Assembly (NCBI RefSeq): GCF_011386835.1
Contig: NC_088801.1
Coordinates: forward strand, 36,270,001-36,334,000
Direction of reading: 5' to 3'
DNA from: Chrysemys picta bellii
Lineage: Eukaryota
DNA length: 64,000 nt
Positions 24,020-37,571 of this stretch are shown here, one piece after another. Numbering within the stretch: position 1 is the stretch's first letter; each line of letters begins with the position of its first letter. The notes below the pieces were generated by a model. It saw only the letters and a program-made list of their open reading frames with translations, was not told the origin of the DNA and ran no database searches. The position numbers and the translations under genes are program-made.

Positions 24020-24220
24020 AGAATTCTGAGTTCTGTTGTGACCTTATTGTAGAACCATGGGCAAATGAACTACAATAACTTATCTGTACCGTAGTTTTCC
24101 CATCTGCAAAATATACATAATGCTTACCTAGTTCAGAGTTTTGTGAGGCTTAATCCATTAATATGTATGTGTGAAGTTCTAGGAGATCCTCTAATTAAAC
24201 TGCTACTTAAATGCAAATAA
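24020..24220 (+). mobile_element. MIR/CORE-SINE relic
   Basis: catgggcaaatg...ctgtaccgtagttttcccatctgcaaaat...ataatgcttacct...ttgtgaggcttaa follows the MIR core order. Confidence 0.6.
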
Positions 24221-25658
24221 TTATAAAATGTATGGAATACATATTTAACAATTTCTTTTCTACTGGAGGAGAAAGCATTAAGATCTACCCAATGACAAAG
24301 AGCTAATTCAGCCAAAGGGTACTTTCTAATTGTCTGGTTTGTCGGCATACAGAACAGGCACCACAAGAAGGCAAACACAATAATGCAAATCCCGGATCAC
24401 ACAAAGCAGACAGTATGCTAGTTTATCTAAGACTGTATGCATTTTTGAGTAATTGTGAAATTAACGAATGAAGTGGCTTACACCTGGGGTAATTACCTAC
24501 CTATGTCCAAGCTTCCAAGCTGTTGAATACAGGCTGGAAAAGTGAAACGGCGAGTGAGAACAAAACAATGAGATGTCTCGCACATCCCAACTCTGCCTAC
24601 CTGCAAGTTCCATCTAACAGGAAGCTGTGGTGGCGCTGTTTTAATAATAAATTTTACTTGTTATTCATAAGCTTCCTATATGGAATTAGATCCAACTAAT
24701 TATGCTATGGAGCCTAGAGGAGATATCATGCTATTGTTTTCTATATAACATGGCTTTTTTCTGCTGTATGATTTAACCTTTTACACAGCTGTATGCATGA
24801 AAAATGCATCATCATCAAAACACTAATTGTATCAGTTTACATACTTACAGACATTACTCAAGAAGGAATTTGTGCATCTATTGAACAATTTTAGCAGATC
24901 AGACAAGAGAGCATTTGGAGCAAAGTTTGCAGTAGTTCATCAAGCAAAATCTTTGCCTTAAAGCAGAATCAACCCCGGATCACTCACATGGACTACAGAC
25001 TTGCTGTTGCTATGAGCATCATGCTACTGTATATGGGCCAGTAGTGAACTGATACAGTATTGAAATATCTGTGAACAAAACTAAAAATCTACTTGGACAA
25101 CTTTTATTTAAAGTGTATTACATTAGCAACTAATTGGTCCATAAACGTTTTGCTTATGAGTAAACATAGTTGCTATTTGTATCAGTCTGCTTATCAGAGA
25201 ACCACTATGTAATAGAATAATGAACAGTTAAAAGCTGCACACCAACCATGCATTGCAAGGCAGCCTCTCTGTCTTTAATTATAAATCTTCCATACACCTC
25301 ACCCAGTCCTACATACCTCCCCCAAGCAGAGGCATGCCCCACATTTTGGGAATCACATATGTAGATTATCACAATATGATACATCCTCACCTTTCTTATA
25401 TGTTTTTTCACTGTTCAAATAGTTAATAATGTTGACATTTAAAGTATCATTCCTGGCATCTGAGTTAACACCCATCAAAAATGAATGGGGCAGTTCATAC
25501 CTCTGAAATATTGTTTCAGGCTCTCTGCAAACCAGATCTCTCTGTATTAGTTGTGTGAAGCAGGGATTTCTTCAGAACCATATTAGCTGGACATGTCTTA
25601 AAAAAATGAAAGCAGAAACTGAGGAAGACAATTGAGAGGTCTATCCATAATCCCCAGC

Positions 25659-25875
25659 CAGGGCCGGCTCCAGGCACCAGTGCAGCAAGCAGGTGCTTGG
25701 GGCGGCCAAAGGAAAGGGCCGGCACGTCCAGGTCTTCGGCAGCAATTCGGTGGCGGGTCCCTCAGTTCCTCTCGGAGGGAAGGACCTGCTGCTGAATTGC
25801 TGCTGAAGAATGTGATTGCAGCTTTTTTTTTTTTTTTCGCCGCTTGGGGCGGCAAAAATGCTGGAGCCGGCCCTG
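25659..25875. mobile_element. hAT-type MITE, CAGGGCCGGC family (217 bp)
   Basis: TIRs cagggccggctccag / ctggagccggccctg; perfect 8-bp TSD tccccagc. Confidence 0.92.
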
Positions 25876-26729
25876 TCCCCAGCTAGCCTTTCACACCTTC
25901 TGACACCCACAGGGGTGCACTCCACACTTTGGGAAACACTGAGTTAAAGTACTGAAATAAATTTATCTTGCGCTCTTAAAAAATGGTTTCTACAGACAGC
26001 ACATTCACTGATTGATAAAACAGTATACATTTCTATCAGGCATATGCTCAATAAATGTCACTAATTTGTTATGCCTGTCTACATATTCAGGCTAAGTGCA
26101 CTCTTTAATTTTACAAACTTTTAACGTTACTTGGCTACTCATTTTACTAAATATTGACATGGCCTTACAGCAGTTCTTCTGAATTTTTATTGATGCAATC
26201 AGAGAAATTCAGGCTTCTTGCTGAATGTTGCTACTTCACTGCTTTATTAACAGTGCTTAAAAGGTATTCGCAGGGCTGAAATGAACTCCAGCTTTTGGCT
26301 CTAGAGACAATGGCCAACAATTACAGAAGATCCCTCTGAGCTAATTATCAAATAGGCTAATATATTTTTGGAGCACATAGTAGGAAATGAGTTCAATTAG
26401 TGATTTATCCCAGCAGCCCAACAATAATCACTACTTGAAGAAGGAACATATTGGTTAAACAAGTCATAAATAATAGTTTGATTATGGATTCCTAATACTT
26501 TAAAAATAATCTGTTTATTTAAGCACGAGAAAAGTTTGTTTCTATTAAGTAATTTCTCTAAACATTTTAAATCATGGCTGATTGCTTGATATAGTGCTAT
26601 AGATCCTAAGACAATTTACCCCAAAAGAGAGAGAAAACGAAGTGTGAAGAACGCGGGAGATATCTGTATTAATTTTATTAATTACATATGGTTTGGTGTT
26701 TATGTTGTTGCTGGCTAAAAGGTAACTAA

Positions 26730-26899
26730 GGGCTAGTCTACATGGGGAAGTCACAGGGAAGACAGTGTAAAATGTCTACTGTGTGAATTTAAACTACAAT
26801 AGATATGCCACACTAGTTCTCTGTATGGACACTCTTATTCCACACCAAGTGGATTAGGTTATATCGCTTCTTTTAGAGTATAGCTTTTCTATTCTGCCC
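26730..26899. mobile_element. Degenerate PIF/Harbinger-type MITE
   Basis: taa|gggctagtctaca left terminus; right end decayed (...tctgccc|tag). Confidence 0.5.
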
Positions 26900-26904
26900 T
26901 AGTT

Positions 26905-28406
26905 TATAGATTCATAGATTCTAGGACTGGAAGGACCTCGAGAGGTCATCGAGTCCAGTCCCCTGCCCGCATGGCAGAACCAAATACTGTCTAGACCATC
27001 CCTGATAGACATTTATCTAACCTACTCTTAAATATCTCCAGAGATGGAGATTCCACAACCTCCCTAGGCAATTTATTCCAGTGTTTAACCACCCTGACAG
27101 TTAGGAACTTTTTCCTAATGTCTAACCTAGACCTCCCTTGCTGCAGTTTAAGCCCGTTGCTTCTTGTTCTATCCTTAGAGGCTAAGGTGAACAAGTTTTC
27201 TCCCTCCTCCTTATGACACCCTTTTAAATACCTGAAAACTGCTATCATGTCCCCTCTCAGTCTTCTCTTTTCCAAACTAAACAAACCCAATTCTTTCAGC
27301 CTTCCTTCATAGGTCATGTTCTCAAGACCTTTAATCATTCTTGTTGCTCTTCTGTGGACCCTTTCCAATCTCTCCACATCTTTTTTAAAATGCGGTGCCC
27401 AGAACTGGACACAATACTCCAGCTGAGGCCTAACCAGAGCAGAATAGAGCGGAAGAATGACTTCTCGTGTCTTGCTCACAACACACCTGTTAATACATCC
27501 CAGAATCATGCTTGCTTTTTTTGCAACAGCATCACGCTGTTGACTCATATTTAGCTTGTGGTCCACTATAACCCCTAGATCCCTTTCTGCCGTACTCCTT
27601 CCTAGATAGTCTCTTCCCATTCTGTATGTGTGAAACTGATTTTTTCTTCCTAAGTGGAGCACTTTGCATTTGTCTTTGTTAAACTTCATCCTGTTTAACT
27701 CAGACCATTTCTCCAATTTGTCCAGATTATTTTGAATTATGACCCTGTCCTCCAAAGCAGTTGCAATCCCTCCCAGTTTGGTATCATCTGCAAACTTAAT
27801 AAGCGTACTTTCTATGCCAATATCTAAGTCGTTGATGAAGATATTGAACAGAGCCGGTCCCAAAACAGACCCCTGCGGTACCCCACTCGTTATGCCTTTC
27901 CAGCAGGATTGGGAACCATTAATAACAACTCTCTGAGTACGTCCAGCCAGTTATGCACCCACCTTATAGCAGCCCCATCAAAATTGTATTTGCCTAGTTT
28001 ATCGATAAGAATATCATGCGAGACCGTATCAAATGCCTTACTAAAGTCTAGGTATACCACATCCACAGCTTCACCCTTATCCACAAGGCTCGTTATCCTA
28101 TCAAAGAAAGCTATCAGATTGGTTTGACATGATTTGTTCTTCACAAATCCATGCTGGCTGTTCCCTATCACCTTACCACCTTCCAAGTGTTTGCAGATGA
28201 TTTCCTTAATTACTTGCTCCATTATCTTCCCTGGCACAGAAGTTAAACTAACTGGTCTGTAGTTTCCTGGGTTGTTTTTATTTCCCTTTTTATAGATGGG
28301 CACTATATTTGCCCTTTTCCAGTCTTCTGGAATCTCTCCCGTCTCCCATGATTTTCCAAAGATAATAGCTAGAGGCTCAGATACCTCCTCTATTAGCTCC
28401 TTGAGT
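26905..28406 (-). mobile_element. Young 5'-truncated CR1 LINE (RT domain and 3' UTR)
   Basis: ORF2 pieces 28303-27890 ([30 protein letters not shown]) and 27863-26991 ([18 protein letters not shown]), separated by one small frameshift near 27940; tail repeats tagattcatagattct at the 26905 end. Confidence 0.97.
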
Positions 28407-28960
28407 TATTCCAGGCCCTCTACCCACAGACAAGCCCTAAGGGGTTAAATCAGTTTTAGTTAGATTGGTCTGCAGGAATCCAAAACAAGATGAGTAACCA
28501 GAAAAACTGACCATACTCAGACAACGAATGTGTTAATTCCTTTGAAATGCACCTCCATATATGTGAAATCCAGGGGTCTGGCTGAAAAGGGGTGGTGTAA
28601 GATTCCAGCTTGAAACATCAGGGGAAGTCAGACAGGAAAGTCAAAACAAAGAGTTTGAAAGTGGATAAAAAACTGAGCCTATGATGAGACATGTGAGACA
28701 GAGGGTCTGCAGAAAAGCAGGCTGCAACTTGGTCCCCTGGAGAACCAGGGGTGGGGGATACCAAGACTGAGACAGAACTACCTACTTGCATGAGGTAAAT
28801 GCTAAATTTAGGTAAGATAATATACGTTTAAGTTTTTTGTTGTTTTAAACCTTTTCTCTCTCCTTTTTACGTTCCTATAGAAAAATAAATAATACTTTAT
28901 ATTGAACAAGTTGTTCTCTCACTGCAAAAACTAAGCACAGTTCTGGGAGAGAAGTCTATA
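28407..28960 (+). mobile_element. Possible LTR-derived sequence abutting the CR1 5' truncation
   Basis: TATA-like gataaaaaa, then a T-rich tail with AATAAA near 28885. Termini unresolved. Confidence 0.3.
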
Positions 28961-29202
28961 GACTTGTCTTTGCTGCTTTCTTACTTGAAACTATAATTTG
29001 ACTTTTGCCCCTAACCCAAGCCTGTCCACATAATTTCTACCTTGAATTAAATGGTATATTAAACTCAAGCTAGCTGGCTTGTCACATGGAGGTGGGTTGA
29101 ATTTTCAGCATTGATGCTCAAGTTTATAATGCAGTGGTGATGCAGCACCTTAAATTAAAACAACTCATTATCCACTAATCCAATCACTCTACATAGCCCA
29201 AG

Positions 29203-29327
29203 TAGGGTGACCAGACAGCAAGTGTGAAAAATCAGGACTGGGGTGGAGGGTAATAGACACCTATATAAAAGACAAAGCCCCAAATATCAGGACTGTCCCT
29301 ATAAAATCGGGACATCTGGTCACCCTA
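29203..29327. mobile_element. hAT (Blackjack/MER81-like) MITE, 125 bp
   Basis: TIRs tagggtgaccaga / tctggtcacccta; perfect 8-bp TSD agcccaag. Confidence 0.92.
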
Positions 29328-31541
29328 AGCCCAAGTGAAGTAACTGTAGTATGATGACTCATGTTAATTTGCAGTGAACATAAACTCTATATAGCAGGAG
29401 TGCTGAGGTGATACAGTTAGTAAACCGGGGGTGCTCTAGTCTGCTGATCCAGTCTAAAAGTAGTGTGAATCTCGGGATTCCACTCAGAGAAATGCAGGTG
29501 CAGCCCTGTCATTTGAAAAAGGTGCTCACAGATGAGAGAGGTCAAAGGTACAGCTCACCCCTGAACCATAACAAAGGTAAACTCCAGTTTCCAAAGTCCA
29601 TGTAGCATTAAGCTTGAAGAGTAGTGCCAATATTTTGATTAGGCCAGCAGAGTCTGGTCTCTGGGTAACCTTCTCTGCCTTTCTCAGTACAGGAACCCGT
29701 CTTTTATCCTGTGAATAGTACAAAGAGTTCAGTAACAGAGCTTACTACAGTGGGCAGCACCCACAGCAGTGAGACAGTGTGTATAGAGAAATTACAAAGT
29801 GATCTGGGAGTAAAGCCATGAAAAGGTCAGAGAAGCTTGTGTTAGTCCTTCCCTGTTTTAAAAAAAAAAATGGAGAAAAATAGATGCTATAGAAGTGAGA
29901 CACAGCAAATACATAAAGCTTCTTTTCTCCTTTACTATAAACAAACAAGTTCTAACCTAATATGGCCATCTTGTGCATGAAGGACTGCACACAACATGTC
30001 CTCATCTAACAAGAGAGAAAGAGCAAGGCACAGAAATGAAGCATTACAGAGGACTACTTCCTACTATTGCTCAAGTATAACTCATTATTGTGAGTTGATT
30101 TAAACAATAACTTATTTATCTTTGAAATTTGTACAAATGCAGGAAAAATTGTTTTAATTAAGGAAAAGTCTGTGGTCAGATTTATGTGGTTTTATAAACA
30201 TGGAAACTACTTGCATTACATGGATTAGATATCTGAATGGATTGTTGTTACAATACTGCTCTTAACCAAATTTCTGTGAAATCTATACCTAGTTCTGATT
30301 GTTTTAATATTGTTGGTAGCATGGATTGATTTCTCTCAATTTTCTGAAGACAGACTTTTAAGAATCTCTATTTTCAATATATTAGCACTTTTGTGCTGAC
30401 AACAAGAGAAAAGGAAACATCTTGCACCTATCTTTCTGTAGACACTTACTACCATAGCATCTGCAGCTTGCATAAAAAAGAACAACAAAAACAAACATCT
30501 AGCAATCCAAGCTACATAGCAACAAACCTATAATTATATTTTAGTAATCAGCAAATGCATTTCTTGTGAGCAAGTGACACATTAATGTCTATTTTATGTT
30601 TTTTGTCATTTTATTTACATTATAACTTTTCAAAGGTTAGGAACAGATTATATGCTCCTGGTATTCAAGGTTCTTTAATAGAAAGATGAATTTGCTCTAT
30701 TATAATGCATTTTGCTGTTAGAGCTACATCTAGTAGTTCTGAATTAATGAAAAACGGACAAATAAAAGCTAAATTAGTACATTCAAATAGCAAGATGAAA
30801 AAGTAAGGCTCATCAAATATGAAAAATTAATTAAAAGAAAACAAAGCCGTTATCTTGTCAGACAGATGATATAGGTTAAGACCTAAAATTCAGTTTGAAG
30901 AAGGTTCAGAAATTCAAATCTGTGGTAAGTTATATTTTACAAATAACCATTTTAAACAATTAGAAATTCTCTGACCCCAGCTCTGTGTCTATGCTCTCTC
31001 ATTTATTCCAAGCTGCATTATGAAATTTTAACTTATTTACAAACAGATGGTCAAGTTTGGTGAATTAGCAGCAAACTCATGAAACAGTATCAAATGCTTT
31101 ACTAAAACTCAAATATATTTTTATCTACTGTGCTCCTTTCATCCACAAATGTCGTGTCAGTTTCTGCCATTTTTATTCACACTGAGCAGCGCCTTGTAAC
31201 ACAAGTAGGTCCACTAAAATTAGTAAAAGTTTGAGTAAGGCATTAAGCATGACTCAGTGTCAGAATATGGCCCTTTGTGAAAAAAATTTTTAAGAAGTTT
31301 TGTCTAGCAATATTTATACTTGAAAACATATGTTGTTTACTGTTCATTGGGACCCAATCTTGCAATATTTACACAATCAAAGCTTCTGACTGAAAAGAAA
31401 GTATATTAAGTTCTACTAATCATCATCAAGCTATGAATACTCACAGCACAAGAGACGTGTCAACATAAATCAAGGAACAGTTTAACAAATTAGGCTAACA
31501 CAGAAAACATTTGTTGATGATCAATAACAAAAAATATAGTG

Positions 31542-32212
31542 CCGTATATACTCAATCATAAGCCGGTTCGTTTATAAGCTGATCCCCCCTAAGATGGATA
31601 AGTAAAAATGGAAAATTTTTATGACCCATTCATAAGCCAAACCTATAATTCGGGGGTCAGCAAACTTTGGCTCCCAGGCCATCAGGATAAGCCGGATAAC
31701 CCCCCACATGACCCCATCCCTAGCCCGGGACCGCCATCCCATCCCTTCCCACCTGATCTGGGGAGGGCCAGGGGAGGATGTCTCGGCCTGGTTGGAGCTG
31801 CTCCGGCAGGCTGGGCAGTGCAGCTGCAGCCTACTCCGGCGGGCCAGACTGGGCAGTGTGGCCACAGCATGTTCCAGCGGGCTGGGCTGGGCGGGACGGG
31901 CGCAGCCTGCTCCAGTGGGCCGGGTGGCGCGGCCACAGCCTCTTCTGGGGGGCTGGGCCGAGCGGTATGGCTGCAGCCTGCCAGCCCCTGCAGCTGCTTT
32001 GGAGGCTGGGGGGAGAGCAGCATGGTCAGAAGCGGAGACACTCTGGCCCCGCCTCTTCCCTTCTGGCTCTGCTGCCTCTCCTTGCTCCCTCTGTTGGAGG
32101 GATGGGCTGTGTCCCACCTCTGCCTCTCTATACCCGTTCATAAGCCGACCCCCTTCTCTGGTGCTTCCCTTTTTTACTAAAAAATATTCGGCTTATGAAT
32201 GAGTATATAGGG
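31542..32212. mobile_element. Tc1/pogo (Tigger-like) non-autonomous element, 671 bp
   Basis: TIRs ccgtatatactcaatcataagccg / cggcttatgaatgagtatataggg; TA after the right end (left TA decayed); GC-rich interior. Confidence 0.85.
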
Positions 32213-33099
32213 TACTCTAATTTTTTTATGTATTTCCTTTATAGATGCTTATATTATGTACAGTATTTTCCCAGATATAATCCTACACATCAATAAGAAC
32301 TAAAACATTTCTGAATTATTAACCGGAACATAAATTAGACATTATGAGCACACTTCACCCTTGGTGCATCTCCACAGAAGCGAGTAGTGATGCACAGGGT
32401 TTAACTAGACCAATTGTTTTAAAGTGAAGGATTTTGTCTGCCTATTTGATTACTACTGGTTCTTTTCTTTATAGTTTGAGTCATTTTTGTAAATTCTTAT
32501 GAAGACTTGCTAGACCTGTTTAGTACTCCCTGACATAGAGAAGAAAAGCTTCCCCACATTGCAAATCTATTCCGGCCATGTAACTCCCCCTACATGGACT
32601 TTCCTGAATTGACTGGGTAATCCAACATTGTGACAAAATATTTGGTGTTTCAGAGTCAAAAAATTTCAACTTGTGGTAAGATTATTTGAATTATTTATGA
32701 AGATTGCCCCCTGTACTCCTGTGTTGCAGGAGAGAAAGATGTTAAAAAGCTTAGGAATATGATAGTACTTAAATCACATTCTGATTATGTCTATCTTAAA
32801 ATTAATAGACTCCTTTTACATACTCCATTTTTGGGAAAAGAAACTGTGACTAACCAAGCTGACGGCTCTGTCTGTTCCCTTAACGTTAGCAAATCTAATC
32901 AGCGAGTACCAATCCAGGAAGCCCAGTCCTGATCAAACCCGCAAACCAATCACTGAGATGTCAAATTGAGGAAAACCTGAACAGAGATAATACATATTCT
33001 AGTGTGCATACCTGAGAGATTTTATTAGAAGTAATAATAAAAAAAATAATATTGTGCCTTTGTTATATCAACTTACATTCTAGAATTGCAAAGAGTTTT

Positions 33100-33225
33100 G
33101 AAAACACAATTAAGCTTTACAATCCTGCAACAGTATACCTATTCTGCAGATGTGTAAAATGAGAAACAGACAGTTTAAATAACCCAAGGCCACAGTGTAT
33201 CAGAGACAGGGCTGGGAACAGTTCT
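33100..33225 (-). mobile_element. MIR/CORE-SINE relic
   Basis: attctgcagatgtgtaaaatgagaaacagacagtttaaataacccaaggccacag is the reverse of the MIR core. Confidence 0.5.
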
Positions 33226-33698
33226 TACTACCAATCTATGCTGTGGGCCATGCACTGAGTCACCTGTTTACTATAACATACTCATGCAAGTAATCCTTGC
33301 AGAAAGACTCAGTTTAGTACCTCGTATAAGAATAGTTGTAACCTTTTTTTTGGTCATTCATTCCCTGCAAAGGAAAACACCTATTAGGATTTGACTTTCA
33401 TGTAGATGTGGCTCACCCAGTCTTTCTTAAATATATCTAAATTGTGTCTGAAAATGTTATTTGTTGGTTCTGATTCTAGCATGGCACAGATCTGGGTTAG
33501 AAACTGATGCAACACATGAAACTGAAAATCCAGAGAAAACAGGAAGACATTCCATTGCCTTTATTAATCAAATCAAGCTAATGCAAATAATTTTAATTTC
33601 CTACCTCTTTCCACAGACTGAAGTAATCATTCACTTATTTACAGTAATTAAAAAAAAAAGTGTTTTCTGCATTCCCAATGCTTGTGTTGTATTCTAGT

Positions 33699-33928
33699 CA
33701 GGGCCGGCTCCAGGCACCAGCCCACCAAGCTAGTGCTTGGGGCGGCACCTGGAAGGGGGTGGCGCGAGAGCGGGGCTGCGACCTGGCTTGCCGCCCTCCC
33801 CCCGGCGCTGCCTCTGGCCCCTGGGGAGAGCGGAGCCCCGGCAGGGCTCGCAGCCCTCCCCCCGGCGGGGCTCGCCGCCCTCCCTTGCGCGGGAGGGGGG
33901 GGTGGCAAAAAAGCCAGAGCCGGCCCTG
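33699..33928. mobile_element. hAT-type MITE, CAGGGCCGGC family (230 bp)
   Basis: TIRs cagggccggctc / gagccggccctg; TSD attctagt/attctagg. Confidence 0.92.
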
Positions 33929-34194
33929 ATTCTAGGAACATACAAAATGCCATGCTGAATCAGACCAATGGTCAACTTGTCTATCTCTCTCAGATGATGT
34001 AAAACCACTGTAATGAACAACTACTCAGGATTCTAGCTGGGTGGAGAGGGACAGAGTTTGTTCCTAACCCCAGGCAGTGAATAATTTGTGGCAAAGCATG
34101 AAGGATTATATCATTTATAGATTTTTATCCTACAAACATAACTGTGGAGAATATTCTTATAATTCATGTGAATCTAGCAAAGAAAGGTATAACA

Positions 34195-34452
34195 TGTGCC
34201 AAGGTCTGGAAGCTGAAGCTAGATAAATTCACAATGGAAAATAAGGTGTAAATTTTTAATGGTGAGGGTAATTAACCATTGGAACAATTTACCAACGGTC
34301 ATAGTGTATTCTCCCTCATTATCAATGTTTAAATGAAGACAAAGTTATCCTCTAGGAATTATTTTGGAGACCTTCTCTAGCCTGCGTTATCCAGGAAGTC
34401 AGAACAGATGATCACAACAGTCCCTTCTGGCCTTGGAATCTATGAATTTCTA
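34195..34452 (+). mobile_element. Old CR1 3' end fragment
   Basis: aagctagataaattca...gtgagggtaattaaccattggaacaatttacca...gtcccttctggccttggaatctatgaatttcta. Confidence 0.75.
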
Positions 34453-34559
34453 ATAGTTTTTGGATAAGCTCTTCGCTTTAATAAAAGCTAGTGACAGTGA
34501 GGTCTATGGAAAAACTAGACACCGTACAAAACTCTTGCATCAGTTTTAAATGGGTTTAA

Positions 34560-35400
34560 TTTTATTAGGTGTCTGAGGCAGGAGGCGAGGCTTACTGGTG
34601 GCAGTATCCACTGATTAGGTCACTGGGCCTTCAATCCCCCCCCCCCCCTTTTTGGTCTCTGGTGCCTCCCATCAGCAACTACTTCAGTACTGGGATGGCC
34701 CACTTTTTGGTGGGTGGCTGGGTCACCAATTTTGCTACCCAAAAGGGATGTTCAGCTATGTCCAAAGAATTGTAGCGTGCTCTGCGCCCTTCTGACAGGG
34801 AAGGACCCTCAGTCTCTCTCCTGGCCCCTGCAGATAGTTCATCCTTGCCACAAGGCTTTTGGCATTTCTCTTTACTCCTGGGAGGGGTGGAAATGAAGTT
34901 TATGTCCCTATATGGAAAGTGTGTTTGACAGGCGAGCCTGGGCCCTCCCACTCCACTGGGCTCCAACCCAGGGCCCTAGGAGAGGCAAACAGTGTCAGGC
35001 ACTAGGGCGTGTCTCAAGATTTCACTCGCTGGGCCACTTCCCACCATCCATCCCCTTCCACAGTCTCAAAGTCCAACTTAAGATAGCAAGTCAGGGTTGG
35101 GGAAACAAAAGGGTAACTGAACTGTGAGCCCAGCTGGCAGTCTCTTCCTCCCCAGCAGAGGCTTCTGCGACAGCGTTGGCTAGGAGCTCTCAGGGTAGAT
35201 CTGACCTGTTCCCCCATCTGCCCCTATCTGAGTTGTCTGGTTCCCTTGTAAGCTCTTCCCTCCTGCTGGAGCATCCTCAGCAGGTTTCGGGGATGGGAAG
35301 AGGGGAAGGCAGCGGAGTCACTTGGCCCCAGAACTCCTCTTTTACCCCTTCAGTTCTACTGTGGGATTTATACATCCCATCCCACCCCACTGAGAAAAGG
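34560..35400. mobile_element. Probable LTR-derived element
   Basis: GC-richer block with the gggctccaacccagggccct motif also seen in 23161-23941. Ends approximate. Confidence 0.4.
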
Positions 35401-35799
35401 AAAATAAAAACACCCTCTCTATATAAAATGTTTTGTTTTATATGCCTGGATCAGGACTTGCAAAAATGAGTGACCTGCTCACCAGGGCAAATGGGAATTT
35501 GGATTGGGTAAAAATGGATTGGAATTAAGGCGCAGAGCACCCTGAATAACTGGCTCCTGTCTCTGAGGGAAGGGGCAGTACTCAGGGCAGAGCAGTCCAG
35601 GGATTGCTGTTCTGTTAAAAGCAGAACAGCACAGATGTTGCTATTGTTTATTCAAAGAGAAAGAGGAGGAGGGGAGGAAAAGGAGTTGATGTCTAGGTGC
35701 CACTACTTTCTCAAGCTAGGAGAATGAGTCAGGAAGTAGAGTGGCCCTGGCACTGCTGCTGTTTTAAGTGGATGGAAGATAGGAATCAAGACTGCATGT

Positions 35800-36130
35800 G
35801 TCAGAGAGAAAAAATGTGTGTGTATGAGTGGGGAAATGGAGGTGTGCAGGAAGGAGAAAGAAAAAGACTAAGAAATAAATATTCTATTAAATATAGGAAA
35901 GAGAGAAACCCAAAAAGGAGGGAGAAAAGTACAGGAGAGAAAGTAGGAAACACCAAGTATAGGAAAAAGAGGAAAGAATATAATGGGTGGAGGGAGAGAA
36001 CAAAAGAGAGGGAACACCATAACAGAAAAAGAAACATTATCTGTAATTGAAAGGAAAATAAGAAAAATTGTAGTGAAGTAAGGTGAAAGACACAACAAAA
36101 GTGCAGGAGAAAAAGCAAATTTTAATTTTT
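35800..36130. repeat. Purine-rich (GA/A) low-complexity tract
   Basis: aggaaggagaaagaaaaagac...gaaaagaggaaaga; explains the K/R/E-rich plus-strand and F/L-rich minus-strand ORFs here. Confidence 0.85.
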
Positions 36131-37261
36131 TTTTTATAAAAGACAAGTAGAATGACGTTACAATTAAGTGCAGTATGCAATTAATATTTTAATCCATTCA
36201 GCGGTATTGCTGCAGATATATTTTTCTTCCTGGGCTAGTGGCTGTCTTCAGGCTAGAAGCCATCAAGTATGTTTTTCAATCCCAGACCGCTATCAATCAT
36301 ATTACTTTACTTGCTCCTTCTCTAAACTGGTCCAAGTCATTTCAATCTCTATTTGAAAGCCTTTAGTGCCTCTTATGTTGCTCTTTTCTGTACTATTCTG
36401 TGCTCTATTTCTTGTTCCCGATGAGAACTTCATCTCCTCTCACAGCAGAGAGCAAAAGGCCAGTTTACCCCAGTTCCAAGCGCCATCTGGAGATCTGAAG
36501 TCCAGCTGGGCACCTGTCTCCTTTACCAGAATTTGTTCATTTGTATCAAGAATCCTATCTTATATTTACCCTCAGCTTTGAAACAGGCTTTCTCCTTGTT
36601 AGAGAATAGTCCAGGTGTATTGACTTTCTGGACATGCTTTATGTAGCATCAGTTAGTTAAACCTATATATGGAGTTCATGTGGATTAATTAACAATGTTT
36701 TATGAGTCAGATGCATTTTTGTATGCATTGGTTCTTATATAGCTGCTATTCAAAGATTCATTTTAATGTTTTTTCTAAACTATCCACATTCTCTTTAGTC
36801 TGCTTGTATAATTACAAAGGGCCATTAAAATGATTTATGGATACAAGGATTTGAGACAATTTTCAACATAAAACAGTGATAATGGTCTAGGCTAAAAGTT
36901 GCCCAACAAAACATTGTCTTTTATGAAACCAAAGAGGACGGCATCAAGATAATTATGTTTCTAATCTTCTGCCTCATTACTTTTGGGCAAGTTTTTGAGT
37001 GACTTCATGATAAAGATGCAATTTTTAAAATACAGATAGCCAGCTGCCATTTTGAGGAAAGTAAAGTAAGTAGTACCATTTCTGCCAGTACACTTGAATA
37101 AGAATATAGTGATATCTTTGTTAAACTTGCAAAGCAAGTTAACTTAAGTATATCCATGTGTATGGGATAATTGTACATTGTAGCAATTTGAAGATTAATC
37201 TATGGATAAATCTGCTTTGTCCGTGTGTGTTTTAGAATATTTTTAGTTTTTGTAATTAGTG

Positions 37262-37571
37262 GAGGGGTAGGCAACCTTTCAGAAGTGGTGTGCCGAGTCT
37301 TCATTTATTCACTCTGATTTAAGGTTTCGCGTGCCAGTAATACATTTTAACACTTTTAGAAGGTCTCTTTCTCTAAGTCTATAATATATAACTAAACTAT
37401 TGTTGTATGTAAAGTAAATAAGGTTTTTTAAATGTTTAAGAAGCTTCATTTAAAATTAAATTAAAATGCAGAACCCCCCGGACCGGTGGCCAGGACCCGG
37501 GCACTGTGAGTGCCACTGAAAATCAGCTCGTGTGCCGCCTTCGGCGCACGTGCCATAGTTGCCTACCCCTG
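37262..37571. mobile_element. hAT (Charlie-like) MITE, 310 bp
   Basis: TIRs (g)aggggtaggcaac / gttgcctacccctg; degenerate TSD aattagtg/gactagta. Confidence 0.85.

Noticed and set aside
25571-25594. Possible REST/RE1 site (TTCAGAACCA...GGACAT)
   Set aside because: The spacer is 9 nt rather than 2 and the right half-site is imperfect. I found no canonical RE1 by eye anywhere in the window, though mammalian SCN2A has one.
27354-28127. Plus-strand ORFs over the CR1
   Set aside because: Antisense shadows of CR1 ORF2; the same applies to minus-strand ORFs at 61741-63621.
31572-32202. Five overlapping 119-190-aa ORFs
   Set aside because: All fall within the GC-rich interior of a Tigger-like element; no transposase motifs.
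35697-36146. K/R/E-rich and F/L-rich ORFs
   Set aside because: Products of a purine-rich low-complexity tract.
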